Positions 50,779-60,077 of a DNA stretch of 64,000 bases are shown one piece after another; the stretch's first letter is position 1, and each line of letters starts with the position of its first letter. The notes beneath the pieces were generated by a model. That model was not told the DNA's origin. It worked only from the letters and a program-made list of their open reading frames with translations, and ran no database searches. This DNA is from an uncultured Actinomycetota bacterium (GTDB lineage: Bacteria > Actinomycetota > Actinomycetes > JAHEKZ01). Both the position numbers and the translations under genes were made by a program. The stretch spans positions 256,001-320,000 of the forward strand of contig CAWHIJ010000003.1 in the NCBI GenBank assembly GCA_963829525.1, given 5' to 3'.

Positions 50779-50792
50779 GGGCCAAACGTCCC
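50779..50792. promoter_or_regulatory. DosR/DevR-like box
   Basis: GGGCCAAACGTCCC (minus strand GGGACGTTTGGCCC) resembles GGGAC-N4-GTCCC. Confidence 0.4.
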
Positions 50793-50834
50793 GGCGGTGG
50801 CCTCAAATCCGGCACCTGAGGCAAGAATGGCCAC

Positions 50835-51692
50835 GTGCCCGAACTGCCTGAAGTCGAAGCGCTCGCCGGATACCTTCGCGAGCGACTCGGCGGACGCGTC
50901 GTGGCCCGGGTCGACGTCGCCGGCATTGCGGCCTTGAAGACGTATGACCCGCCGGTGACCTCCCTCGGCGGTCTGTCGGTCACCGACGTGCGGCGCCGCG
51001 GCAAGTTCCTTGACATCGATGTCGACGGGCTCCACCTCGTGGTGCACCTCGCCCGCGCCGGATGGGTGCGCTGGAAGGAGAAACTGCCGACCACGCCGCT
51101 CAAACCGGGAAAGGGCCCGATCGTGCTGCGGGTTCATCTCGACGATGAGTCGGGGCTGGACTTCACCGAGGCGGGAACGACCAAGAAGCTGGCGGTCTAT
51201 GTCGTCCGTGATCCAACTGAGGTGCCGGGCATTGCCAGACTGGGGCCAGACCCGCTGACCCTCGACCGTGCCGCTCTGGATGTCGTTCTGGACGAGCAAG
51301 CCCGCACCCAGCTCAAGGGGCTGCTCCGGAGCCAGTCGGTGATCGCTGGAATCGGCAACGCCTACAGCGATGAGATCTTGCACGTGGCCCGGCTCTCTCC
51401 GTTTGCGCTGGCGGGCCGCCTCGACGACGAGGCCAGGGAGCGGCTCTTCGCCGCCATCGGGTCGACGCTCCGTGACGCGGTCGATCGGTCAGCCGGCCTG
51501 CCGGCGTCGGAGCTGAAGGACGACAAGCGGGCAGCCATGCGCGTCCACGGCCGCGCGGGTCAGGACTGCCCCGAGTGCGGCGACGTCGTGCGCGAGGTCT
51601 CGTTTGCCGACTCTTCCCTGCAGTACTGCGCGACCTGTCAGACCGGCGGAAAGCCGTTGGCTGACCGACGCCTTTCCCGTCTCCTGAAATGA
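50835..51692 (+). CDS. Fpg/Nei family DNA glycosylase
   Basis: PELPEVE N-terminus, RRGKFL, IAGIGNAYSDEILH (H2TH) and C-terminal CPEC...CATCQ zinc finger. Confidence 0.94.
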   Translation: MPELPEVEALAGYLRERLGGRVVARVDVAGIAALKTYDPPVTSLGGLSVTDVRRRGKFLDIDVDGLHLVVHLARAGWVRWKEKLPTTPLKPGKGPIVLRVHLDDESGLDFTEAGTTKKLAVYVVRDPTEVPGIARLGPDPLTLDRAALDVVLDEQARTQLKGLLRSQSVIAGIGNAYSDEILHVARLSPFALAGRLDDEARERLFAAIGSTLRDAVDRSAGLPASELKDDKRAAMRVHGRAGQDCPECGDVVREVSFADSSLQYCATCQTGGKPLADRRLSRLLK

Positions 51693-51694
51693 CC

Positions 51695-51764
51695 GTGATC
51701 GAAGCGTTCCAGTCACTCAGAGGCCCAATGTCGGACGCCCTGGTGACTGAAACGCTTCGATCAC
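51695..51764. repeat. 22-bp inverted repeat (REP-like element / bidirectional terminator)
   Basis: GTGATCGAAGCGTTCCAGTCAC (51695-51716) vs GTGACTGAAACGCTTCGATCAC (51743-51764), 21/22 complementary. Confidence 0.8.
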
Positions 51765-51781
51765 AGAGTGGGTGTGGCTGG

Positions 51782-52405
51782 TCAGATCTTGGCGCGCACC
51801 GTGGCGGTTCCGAACGGCAGGCCCGGGGTGAACACCGACGTGCGGAGTGATGCGTTCAGCGCGTCTGCTGCCGCCTTCGTCAGCTCCAGGCGGACACCTG
51901 AGAGCACGGCGAAGCCATCTGAGGTGAGGGTTGGCTGCAGGGTGGTCGGGATGATCTTGAATACGGGCACCTCGGCCGGCTGGTTGTTGATCTTCGTCGC
52001 GTAGAGCAGACCCTCGCCGAGGCGGATGTCGAAGTCACTGACCTTCAGCGCCTTGAAGTTGCGCAGGTTGACGAATCGAACGCCACCGGTGTGCGAGATT
52101 TCGCCGCCGGTGAGGGTGAGGGGGTTACCGGCCGCCGTCACGAAGCTGTCTGAGGTGATCGGGAAGCCGTACCGGACGGTGGGCCCCTGCTTCGTCCACA
52201 CCAGCGAGGTCCTCGCGTCAGTGGCGTACGGAAGGATCCGGTTCTGAAGGAGAGCCTTGGTGACGGCCGGTTTGACGGTCACCGAGGTCACGCCACCAGA
52301 GATGGGAATAGTGGTGTCGGACGTCGCTTGGGCGGGAACGATGCTAATGCCGACGGCAAGGGCACCGGCGGTGGCGACTACCGCAAGTCGTTGGAGGACG
52401 CGCAT
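51782..52405 (-). CDS. Secreted beta-rich protein, possibly HtaA-like
   Basis: Signal peptide (VPAQA), FPIT, G.ISHTGGVRF and LTKAAADALN motifs; GAGGAG RBS. Confidence 0.65.
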   Translation of the reverse strand: MRVLQRLAVVATAGALAVGISIVPAQATSDTTIPISGGVTSVTVKPAVTKALLQNRILPYATDARTSLVWTKQGPTVRYGFPITSDSFVTAAGNPLTLTGGEISHTGGVRFVNLRNFKALKVSDFDIRLGEGLLYATKINNQPAEVPVFKIIPTTLQPTLTSDGFAVLSGVRLELTKAAADALNASLRTSVFTPGLPFGTATVRAKI

Positions 52406-52515
52406 GAGGACTCCTCGTGGGCAGAACGGATAGATGTCCCGTCTTCGCCGTGACGGGGGCCCTTGGATGCAGGAACGCCCCTCGACCTCGCCACGTGATC
52501 GCTAGGCTGCAGAGC

Positions 52516-53847
52516 GTGAGCGCGCTCGACCGACTGAGGCATGTCGTTGGCGCCGAGCATCTCCTCACCGACTCACAGGTGACGTATCCGTACGGAACAG
52601 ATTGGACGGGGCGCTGGTCCGTCGCTCCTGCCGCAGTGGTGCGTCCGGCAAACTGCGGCCAGGTCGCGGCCACCATGCAGGTGTGCGCCAGTGAACGGAT
52701 CGCTGTCGTTCCGCAGGGTGGTAACACGGGTTTGGTCGGTGGTTCTGTCCCCGGCTCGTCCAATGCTGTCGTGCTCTCGCTCAGCAGGCTGACGTCGCAT
52801 TCCGCGGTTGACCGAGTGCGCCGACAGGTCACTGTTGGCGCTGGCGTAACGGTTGCTCAGCTGCAGGCGATAGCGGCCGAAAGTGGGCTCACCTACGGCG
52901 TCGACCTTGCTTCACGTGACTCAGCGACCATTGGCGGCACGATCGCGACCAATGCCGGAGGCGTACGTGTGGTCAGGTTCGGCGACACCCGCGCGCAGGT
53001 GGTCGGCGTCGAGGCCGTCTTCGCCGATGGAAGCTTGATGGATCGCACGACCGCTTTGCCAAAGGATTCCGCGGGCTATGACGTCTCGCGTCTGTTGGTC
53101 GGCAGCGAGGGGACGTTGGCTGTGTTGACCGCCGCCCGCCTGCAGCTCCACGATCCGCTCCCGGCGGGCCGGATCACCGCGCTCGTGGGCGTCCGGTCGC
53201 TTCGTGAGGCGGTTTTGCTGCTTGCCGAGGTCACGCCGTCACGAGACGAGTTGTTGGCCGCCGAGTACATCGACGACGTGGGTATGCAGCTGGTCTGTGA
53301 GGTAGCGGGGCTCCCGCACCCGCTCGCGGGTCGATGGCCCTTCTACCTGCTGATGGAGACCACGAAGACTCCGCAGCTTCCCGAGACAGCCGACGCTGCC
53401 GTCGACCGCAGACTGTGGTCCTACCGCGAGCGGCAACCGGAGGCGGCCGCCACTCTCGGCGTAGGACTCTCCCTCGATATCGCGCTACCGGCAGGCGCTC
53501 TCGATGCATTCCTCGTCCGGCTTCCTGCGCTTGTGTCACCACACCACGTATTCACCTTCGGCCACCTCGCCGAGGGCAACGTGCACGTCCAGGTCAACGG
53601 GCCGGAACCGGATGACCATGGGGCTGCCGATGCCGTGCTCGCTGCGGTGGCGAGCGTCGGGGGCAGCATCAGCTCAGAGCACGGCGTCGGTCGCGCGAAG
53701 CCCCAGTACCTTCGGCTCACCCGCGCATCTGCCGAAATCGATGCGATGCGCGGGATCAAACAGGCTCTTGACCCTCAGGGCCTGCTCAACCCCGGCGTGC
53801 TGTTCACCGCAGATCCACCTGGGAATGCGACCATGTCGGCACCATGA
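52516..53847 (+). CDS. FAD-binding oxidoreductase (D-2-hydroxyacid dehydrogenase/GlcD family)
   Basis: PQGGNTGLVGGSVP, ATIGG.IATNAGG, VGSEGTL, FGHLAEGNVH and SISSEHGVG motifs; GTG 52516 follows TAGGCT. Confidence 0.9.
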   Translation: MSALDRLRHVVGAEHLLTDSQVTYPYGTDWTGRWSVAPAAVVRPANCGQVAATMQVCASERIAVVPQGGNTGLVGGSVPGSSNAVVLSLSRLTSHSAVDRVRRQVTVGAGVTVAQLQAIAAESGLTYGVDLASRDSATIGGTIATNAGGVRVVRFGDTRAQVVGVEAVFADGSLMDRTTALPKDSAGYDVSRLLVGSEGTLAVLTAARLQLHDPLPAGRITALVGVRSLREAVLLLAEVTPSRDELLAAEYIDDVGMQLVCEVAGLPHPLAGRWPFYLLMETTKTPQLPETADAAVDRRLWSYRERQPEAAATLGVGLSLDIALPAGALDAFLVRLPALVSPHHVFTFGHLAEGNVHVQVNGPEPDDHGAADAVLAAVASVGGSISSEHGVGRAKPQYLRLTRASAEIDAMRGIKQALDPQGLLNPGVLFTADPPGNATMSAP

Positions 53848-54668
53848 GCTCCGCCAAACCGACGCCGAACCGCCCGCTGGTGATTGCTCACCGAGGTGCG
53901 TCCGAGCACGTACCCGAGCACACGCTGGCCGCGTATGTGCAGGCAATCGACGATGGTGCCGACGGCGTTGAAGCCGACGTGCGGCTCACCGCCGACGGCC
54001 ACCTGGTGTGCGTTCACGACCGACGTATCGACCGCACCTCGAACGGAGAGGGCGTGCTCTCCACGCTCGAACTGGCCGATCTCGAGTCGCTTGACTTCGG
54101 AAGCTGGCAGCAAGCCACCGGTGCCGTCGAGCTGCCCGACCAGGTCAGCGCCGACCAATCCCAGGTGCTCACCCTCGAACGCCTTCTTGAGCTGGTGGTG
54201 GACTCGCCCCGACACATCCAGCTCATGGTCGAGACCAAGCACCCGACTCGGTACGCCGGGCTCGTCGAGCGGCGTCTGGTCGAGATGCTCCGCCGGTTTG
54301 GTCTCGATGGGTGGGTGCCGATCGATGAAGCGCAAGTCACCGTGATGAGCTTCAGCGAGGTCGCGCTGCGCCGCGTCCGACGTCTTGCACCGGGGGTGCC
54401 CTTGGTCATGCTGATGGAGCGAGTTCCTGTCGCCTACCGATCCGGCATGCTTCCGAAGGGCGTCCGCGTTGCCGGCCCCGGGCTTCCTGTCGTCAAGACG
54501 CATCCGCACTACGCGCGTCGCGTGCGCAACGCCGGATCTCGAGTGTTCGTCTGGACCGTCGATGATCCCGCAGACGTCGAGCTGGTCTGCGGCATGGGGG
54601 TGGACGCGATCATCACCAACCGGCCACGCGATGTGCGACGGCAGGTCGACCAGCTGTTTGTGTGCTGA
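53844..54668 (+). CDS. Glycerophosphodiester phosphodiesterase
   Basis: IAHRGAS..VPEHT, EADVRLT.DG.LVCVHD, ETKHP, VWTVD and IITNRP motifs. Confidence 0.93.
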   Translation: MSSAKPTPNRPLVIAHRGASEHVPEHTLAAYVQAIDDGADGVEADVRLTADGHLVCVHDRRIDRTSNGEGVLSTLELADLESLDFGSWQQATGAVELPDQVSADQSQVLTLERLLELVVDSPRHIQLMVETKHPTRYAGLVERRLVEMLRRFGLDGWVPIDEAQVTVMSFSEVALRRVRRLAPGVPLVMLMERVPVAYRSGMLPKGVRVAGPGLPVVKTHPHYARRVRNAGSRVFVWTVDDPADVELVCGMGVDAIITNRPRDVRRQVDQLFVC

Positions 54669-54697
54669 ACCCCGGCCGCGCCGGGTAGCGGGATGGA

Positions 54698-54735
54698 GCG
54701 AAGTGGCCCACCGTCGTGCTGGTGGGCCACTTCGC
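54698..54735. terminator. Perfect 15-bp hairpin between convergent genes
   Basis: GCGAAGTGGCCCACC ... GGTGGGCCACTTCGC. Confidence 0.75.
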
Positions 54736-54751
54736 GAGACTGCCGGACGAG

Positions 54752-55525
54752 TCAGACGGGCGCGATGTCCTCCGGAGACTTCTTGAATCCTTTGAAGGTG
54801 AGATAGATGCCGAGGGACAGCTCCCAGATGAATACGGGCACGGTGCACAGGGCGCTAGGGACCGACGACTGCTCCCAGACCCCGAAGATCGTCGCCGTGG
54901 CCGACAGGAACATAAGTGGTGCGCCGATCAGACCGAGGGTGGGGATGAAGCGTGGGACGAGTCGACCCCGGTACATGACGTAGCCCAGGAACAAGGCGTT
55001 GAAGCCGACGATGAGGCCCGGTCCGAGCAGGAAGGTCCATTGCCGCATCGCGACCAGCGTCTCGCCTGCCATATGAAGGGCATCCGCCTCGTTTCCGGTG
55101 GCACCGGCGAAGTTTGCCTTGAGGGTGACGACCGACAAGATGCCAAGAACGCCGACCATGATGAGCGTCGCCTCGACGACACGGGTCGTAACAAATCCAA
55201 TGGCGGCAGTTCGGCTGACTCGTCTTGTCGCCGGATAGAGCGCGACGGCGGTGGCAATGCAGGACGCGGCAGTAATGACCTCAAGCCACGACCCCCACAG
55301 GACCGAGGTGTTGCTGCCCGTGCCGCCGATGAAGCCAGAGGGATCATCGATGAGTCCGGCGAAGAGCTTCAACTGTGGGATTGAGGCAGCGAACGAGACC
55401 AGGTAGGCGATGCCGCCGGCCAGGGCGACCTTGCGCATCGGGCTCATCCGGCCGATGCGACTTCCGGTTACAGGCTGCGTCTTGAGGGTTGCCGTGGTTA
55501 TTGCGGGGGGTGTTGCCGTGGTCAT
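54752..55525 (-). CDS. DUF4386 family membrane protein
   Basis: ALAGGIAYL, IATAVALYP, GFV..RVVEA, YRGRLVPR.IP.LGLIG and WELSLGIYLTFKGF motifs. Confidence 0.85.
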   Translation of the reverse strand: MTTATPPAITTATLKTQPVTGSRIGRMSPMRKVALAGGIAYLVSFAASIPQLKLFAGLIDDPSGFIGGTGSNTSVLWGSWLEVITAASCIATAVALYPATRRVSRTAAIGFVTTRVVEATLIMVGVLGILSVVTLKANFAGATGNEADALHMAGETLVAMRQWTFLLGPGLIVGFNALFLGYVMYRGRLVPRFIPTLGLIGAPLMFLSATATIFGVWEQSSVPSALCTVPVFIWELSLGIYLTFKGFKKSPEDIAPV

Positions 55526-55545
55526 GACTGTCTCCCTATTGATGG

Positions 55546-55803
55546 TCAGCTGGATGGGTCAGCTGGGTCGGAATTGGCGGGTGTGACTGAGAGGAGCGGC
55601 AGTCCGAGGTCGGCAAGCTTGCGCAGGACGCCGTGCAGTGCCGCCTGGTCGACGATGTAACCCTCGAGGAGGGTGGTGCCATCGCTGGTTGGTGTCAGAG
55701 CGAAACCGTCGAACCAGTCGGTCCAGCGGGCTGTGAGATGGCCCTTGACCCAGATCTTGTACCGGCCGGAGCCTTCGCTGTGGTTGGTCGGTACGTCTGG
55801 CAT
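55546..55803 (-). CDS. Conserved small hypothetical protein
   Basis: YKIWVKGHL..RW.DWFDG...G.T.L.G..VDQAALHGVL.KL.DLGLPLLSV; GAGGAGG RBS. Confidence 0.8.
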   Translation of the reverse strand: MPDVPTNHSEGSGRYKIWVKGHLTARWTDWFDGFALTPTSDGTTLLEGYIVDQAALHGVLRKLADLGLPLLSVTPANSDPADPSS

Positions 55804-55889
55804 GCCGCTCGCCTCCTCAGCTGTTCCTCGTCCTCCTGGTGCTCCGCGGGTACGGACCTTCGAGGACGAGTCGAATGTAGGAAGCGATC

Positions 55890-55930
55890 TGGTGAGGCGT
55901 CGTCACCACATGTGGTGAGAGAAGTGGTGA
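55890..55930. promoter_or_regulatory. Operator array upstream of the small protein/DUF4386 genes
   Basis: Perfect 16-bp palindrome TCACCACATGTGGTGA (55903-55918) flanked by TGGTGA half-sites (55890, 55925). Confidence 0.7.
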
Positions 55931-58687
55931 CTAATCGAGAAGGTCCAGTTCTGCCGCTTGCCGAACGGCTGCGCGGCGGCTGCTCACCTGCAGCTTGCGG
56001 AAGATGTTGCGGCTGTGAGTCCTCAGCGTGTTCAGGGATACATACAGCTCGCGGGCGATCTCGGGTCCGCTCAGATCGGTCGCCAGGAGTCGGAGCACAT
56101 CCAGCTCACGCTCCGACAGTGGTTCGATGAGCTGGCCTTGGTCCGCAGCGACGGCCTGGGGAGTCTCGCCCCGTTGGGTTGCCACGAGCACCTTGTCGAC
56201 ATAGGCGGTATCTCCGTCGATGCCTTCCTTCCCGAGGGACCTCAGGATCGGAACGAGCGGCGCTCCCTCGTCAGCGAACACCCGGACATACCCCTCAGGC
56301 TTCGCGAGCGCCAGCGCACGACGCAATGCATCGAGTGCTGCCAATCGCTCGCCCTTTGACTCGTGTGCAAGCGCGAGCACGACGAGGATCTCGATCTCGG
56401 ATCCAACGCGATCCCCTGTTGCAGCCGCCGCTCGCAGTCGGTCGAGCAGAGCGATGGCCCGGTCGAGTGCCGACGCGTCGCCGAGGGCGTTGTGCTGCGC
56501 AAGCAGGACGCGGGCAAGAGTGACGTGTTCGTACTCACGCAGGTAGGACAGCTCGTCGTCATCTCTCAGTCCCGCTGTACCGACCCACGCCTCGGCGTCG
56601 ACGAGCTCACCCCTGTGTAGCTGTAGCCGCGTGCGTACGGCGGGTACCGGTTGGACGTTTGGGGAGTAGTCGCCGTTGTAGGCGCGGTCCGCCTCGTCGA
56701 GCAGCTCGAGGGCGGCGTCGACCTCGCCTCGTGCCTCCCTGAGCCGGGCAGCCACCACACGCCGTCGATAGGGGTTCTGCGGAAGACCGAGGTGGTCACC
56801 CAGACGTTCGCCGAGCGTCAGGTGCTCCGCGGCACCAGCCAGGTCGTCGCGCTCCATCAGCACGCTTGCAATGCCGGTATGCATGTCCGCAGCTCCACGC
56901 ACCGGGGCGTCTCCAGGTTCAGCTGCGGCGAACTCCAAAGCACCTCGATAGTTGCGCAGCGCGTCGCTCAGTCGGCCCTGTGTGCGGCGAAGGTCGCCCA
57001 AGGCGATGCAGAGACCAAGGACATCGGCTACGTGCCCCGCACGACGCAACCCGATGGCTGACCTCTCGTAGGCCCCGACGGCACCAGCAATGTCTCCCAT
57101 GGCCCAGGATGCAAGTCCTGCCAGCGCTCCCGCTGCCGACTGCACGAGATCGTCATCAGGCGGCGCCAACAAGAGCGCCTCGCTGGCACGGGCTACCGTG
57201 GTCGCAAGGTCGCCCGCCACGAGAGCGAGCGCTGCTCGGTACATCTCCACACTCGCCGGCACGGAGCGGTAGCGCTCGGTGTCAACGACGATGACGCCGA
57301 CCGGAGGCGACTCGGGCCAGGGGCCACCGCCCGGTCGCAGGAGGTTCTCGACGTCGTCCAAACGCTGCGCAACAGTCTCGAAGGCTGACACCTGAGCGAG
57401 GGCCCCGATGATGCCGACGGCGAGTACTGGTCTCCGCTGCACGACCGAGTCCGGGAGGGAGTGCACCCAACGGGCCAGTTCGGCTTCTCGCCGGTCGCGC
57501 TGCATGGCGGGCAACGCCAGCTCCATGAGAGCCGCGGCACGATCGAAGTCCCCGCCGGCCAACGAGTGTCGGACCGCTTCTGCCGCATCACCGCTCTGTT
57601 GAAGCCACTCGGCGGCACGTAGGTGAAGGTCGGCGAGCCACTCCGGGCTGCGTTCACTGACGTGCGAACGCAGGACATCAGCGAAGAGGTGGTGATATCG
57701 GTACCACTGCCGGTGGTCATCCAGCGCGATGAGAAACAGGTTGGCGCGCTCGAGCTCAACCAGGGTCGCTGTCCCCCGGGTCTCCCCAGTGACAGCATCG
57801 CAAAGAGGGCCCGTGAGGCGATCGAGCACCGAAGTGGCCAGCAGAAAGTCACAGATGCCAGCTGGCTGACGGTCCAGTACCTCGTCGACCAGGTAGTCGA
57901 CGATGAAACGCTCATCGCCGGCGAATTTGGCGACAGCATCACTGGGATCGACGCGGTCCCGCAGGGACAGCCCCGCTAGCTGAAGGGCGGCGGCCCACCC
58001 TTCAGTACGGTCGGTGAGAGTGGCGATGTCGGAGTCCGTCAACGCCAATCCCATCGTCCCTGTCAGATAGGCGGTCGCCTCGGTGTCGGTGAATCGCAGG
58101 TCTGCGGAACGCACCTCGACCAGTTCACTTCGGGCACGCAGTCGTGCAAGTGGAAGTGGCGGGTCTGAGCGCGTCGCAAGCATCAGGTGCATATGCGGCG
58201 GCTGGTTCTCCAGCAGGAACGTCAGTTCCTTGTGTATGGCGCGCGCCTCGATGACGTGGTAATCGTCAAGGACGAGCAGGATCTCGTCAGGCCACGCCGC
58301 AAGGTCGTTGACCAGGCTGACCAGCGCGTCGTCGACAGACGTCTGTGGTGACGTCAAGAGCTGGAGCGCCTCGGTGCCGACTCCTCCGGAGTGGTCGGTC
58401 GCGTTGCGCAGCGCCGTGAAGACGTATGTCCAGAAAGTGATGGGGTCGTTGTCACGGTCATCGAGAGAAACCCACGCAATCGCCGACCCGCCGATCGGGT
58501 TGGTGGGTTGGGTCTCGGCCAGCCACTGCGTCAGCAGTGTGGTCTTTCCGAACCCAGCGGGCGCGGAGACCAGCGTGAGTCGTGACCGACCTGCCGGCCC
58601 CAGCCGTTCGAGCAGCCGCGGACGCACCACTCCGACTTCTCGGAGGCCCGGGATGTGCAGCTTCGTCGAGACCAGTGGTGCTACCAC
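55931..58687 (-). CDS. MalT-like large ATP-binding LuxR-family transcriptional regulator
   Basis: [16 protein letters not shown] (Walker A), LVLDDYH, TEGW.AAL, YRYHHLF motifs, TPR region and C-terminal [12 protein letters not shown]. Start GTG 58687. Confidence 0.92.
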   Translation of the reverse strand: MVAPLVSTKLHIPGLREVGVVRPRLLERLGPAGRSRLTLVSAPAGFGKTTLLTQWLAETQPTNPIGGSAIAWVSLDDRDNDPITFWTYVFTALRNATDHSGGVGTEALQLLTSPQTSVDDALVSLVNDLAAWPDEILLVLDDYHVIEARAIHKELTFLLENQPPHMHLMLATRSDPPLPLARLRARSELVEVRSADLRFTDTEATAYLTGTMGLALTDSDIATLTDRTEGWAAALQLAGLSLRDRVDPSDAVAKFAGDERFIVDYLVDEVLDRQPAGICDFLLATSVLDRLTGPLCDAVTGETRGTATLVELERANLFLIALDDHRQWYRYHHLFADVLRSHVSERSPEWLADLHLRAAEWLQQSGDAAEAVRHSLAGGDFDRAAALMELALPAMQRDRREAELARWVHSLPDSVVQRRPVLAVGIIGALAQVSAFETVAQRLDDVENLLRPGGGPWPESPPVGVIVVDTERYRSVPASVEMYRAALALVAGDLATTVARASEALLLAPPDDDLVQSAAGALAGLASWAMGDIAGAVGAYERSAIGLRRAGHVADVLGLCIALGDLRRTQGRLSDALRNYRGALEFAAAEPGDAPVRGAADMHTGIASVLMERDDLAGAAEHLTLGERLGDHLGLPQNPYRRRVVAARLREARGEVDAALELLDEADRAYNGDYSPNVQPVPAVRTRLQLHRGELVDAEAWVGTAGLRDDDELSYLREYEHVTLARVLLAQHNALGDASALDRAIALLDRLRAAAATGDRVGSEIEILVVLALAHESKGERLAALDALRRALALAKPEGYVRVFADEGAPLVPILRSLGKEGIDGDTAYVDKVLVATQRGETPQAVAADQGQLIEPLSERELDVLRLLATDLSGPEIARELYVSLNTLRTHSRNIFRKLQVSSRRAAVRQAAELDLLD

Positions 58688-58889
58688 GGCAGGTCTCGAC
58701 CGCCCTTCGACGGACCACCCTCGCACATCACATCTCCCACAGTCCCATGGTGCGAGTGTTCGGCACGAGTACCCGCAGGATGGCTTCGGCTCGCCCCCTA
58801 GCGAGATCGTCATCTCGTGCCGAACACGTACTGTGGCGTAGCGCCGACGTCGGTCGTAGTAGCTACTCGCGTAGAAGGGTTTCATGCAG

Positions 58890-59837
58890 ATGAGCAAGCG
58901 CCGCGGCAGTCACCGTAGTTCCGCGTCCCCATCGACCGAAGGCGACGTCCCGGTCGTCGGAGGGCGCGAGCCCTGCCCGTGCGGCAGCGGCCGACGGTAC
59001 AAGGCCTGCCACGGCAAGGCGGCCGCGACCCAGCATCGCGTTGTCCGACCATTTGCAGGCATGGCGTCCGAGCCTGACTGGGTGGCGTTGCACGACCTCG
59101 TTCCGGCCGCGACGGCAACGCTGACGCCCAAGGAGGAGGGGCGCTCGGTCACGCTCTGCACACTGCTGCCGATGGCCTGGCCGGCGCTCGTTCGCCAGAA
59201 CGGGGAAGTCTTGCTCGGGGCGCAGACCCAGACCTCGTCAGCGGACGTCGCGCGCGACCTTGGCGACGCCCTGGCCCGAGCATTGGTGGCCGAGCCGGGC
59301 AACCCGGTGCCACCGCGTCCGCTCCCTCCTGACGCGCCGCACCTGGCCGACTTGATCGATGTCGATCGGCCGCTGGAGGTCTTGATCCACACCGGTTTCG
59401 ACTATTGGCTCGAGGACGTGGAGGCAGCCGACGAGAGCGCTCGAGCTGGCCTCGAGCGTGCCAACGAGGTAGCCACCCCCACTGCCCGCCTCGCCTCGGT
59501 CGATGGTGCCTACTGGATGCAGCTCGGTGAACGCCGACAGGTGCGGTGGGTGTTGCCAGAGGATGAAGCACCACTGGTCGATGCGCTGGCAAGGCTGCAG
59601 GTTGCTGCGGGCCTCGAGCTCGCCAGCGGCACCCGGTTCCTGGGATCGTTCCGCGCCAGCGGTTTGGTCGTCCCGGTATGGGATCTGCCTGAGGGCACCG
59701 AGGTGGACGAGGTCGAGGACGCCGCTGCCGAGTTCCGAGCCCGGCTGGACGCTGCACTTGCTGAGGAGGCGCCGCTCTCTGGTGCCGGTCGTCGAGCCCG
59801 CGAGTCGCTCCGGGCCCGACAGCTGACGGTTCACTGA
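58890..59837 (+). CDS. DUF5926 family protein with SEC-C motif
   Basis: [21 protein letters not shown]...[16 protein letters not shown] and [15 protein letters not shown] motifs. Confidence 0.88.
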   Translation: MSKRRGSHRSSASPSTEGDVPVVGGREPCPCGSGRRYKACHGKAAATQHRVVRPFAGMASEPDWVALHDLVPAATATLTPKEEGRSVTLCTLLPMAWPALVRQNGEVLLGAQTQTSSADVARDLGDALARALVAEPGNPVPPRPLPPDAPHLADLIDVDRPLEVLIHTGFDYWLEDVEAADESARAGLERANEVATPTARLASVDGAYWMQLGERRQVRWVLPEDEAPLVDALARLQVAAGLELASGTRFLGSFRASGLVVPVWDLPEGTEVDEVEDAAAEFRARLDAALAEEAPLSGAGRRARESLRARQLTVH

Positions 59838-59867
59838 CGGGGGCACTGACGGGTGCACTGACGGTGG
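59823..59867. repeat. Imperfect tandem repeat, about 4 copies of (CA)CTGACGGnnn
   Basis: CTGACGGTT CACTGACGGGGG CACTGACGGGTG CACTGACGGTGG across the DUF5926 stop. Confidence 0.75.
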
Positions 59868-59958
59868 TCCCGGAGATGCTGAATCGTCATTCGTCAAGGG
59901 TTGGTCAACAACACCAGATGGTCTTGCGAGTGGGCCGGTCATGTGGGCAGAGTGGGGG

Positions 59959-60011
59959 AGGTCCGAACGTCACTGTATCCCCCGTCGGTGGCGTTCGGAC
60001 CTTTATCTTTT
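59959..60011 (+). terminator. Intrinsic terminator-like hairpin with U-rich tail
   Basis: AGGTCCGAACGTCAC ... GTGGCGTTCGGACCT followed by TTATCTTTT. Confidence 0.7.
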
Positions 60012-60077
60012 CACTTTCCGGAACGCAACCTGCACATAGTGTGCAACCCCGACGCGAGGCCATGACCCCGTTGAGGG

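Noticed and set aside
39275-54700. Possible integrative element or prophage inserted at tRNA-Leu
   Set aside because: No integrase, phage genes or duplicated tRNA 3' end seen; this looks like a variable region rather than an intact element.
42404-59867. Short tandem repeats as possible CRISPR arrays
   Set aside because: The units are 9-12 bp with no unique spacers and no cas genes.
59905-59925. NrdR-box-like sequence (AACACCAGATGGTC)
   Set aside because: Single partial match with no ribonucleotide reductase gene nearby.
59950-60005. 6C RNA
   Set aside because: Only one C-rich hairpin is present; 6C RNA has two adjacent C-rich stem-loops.
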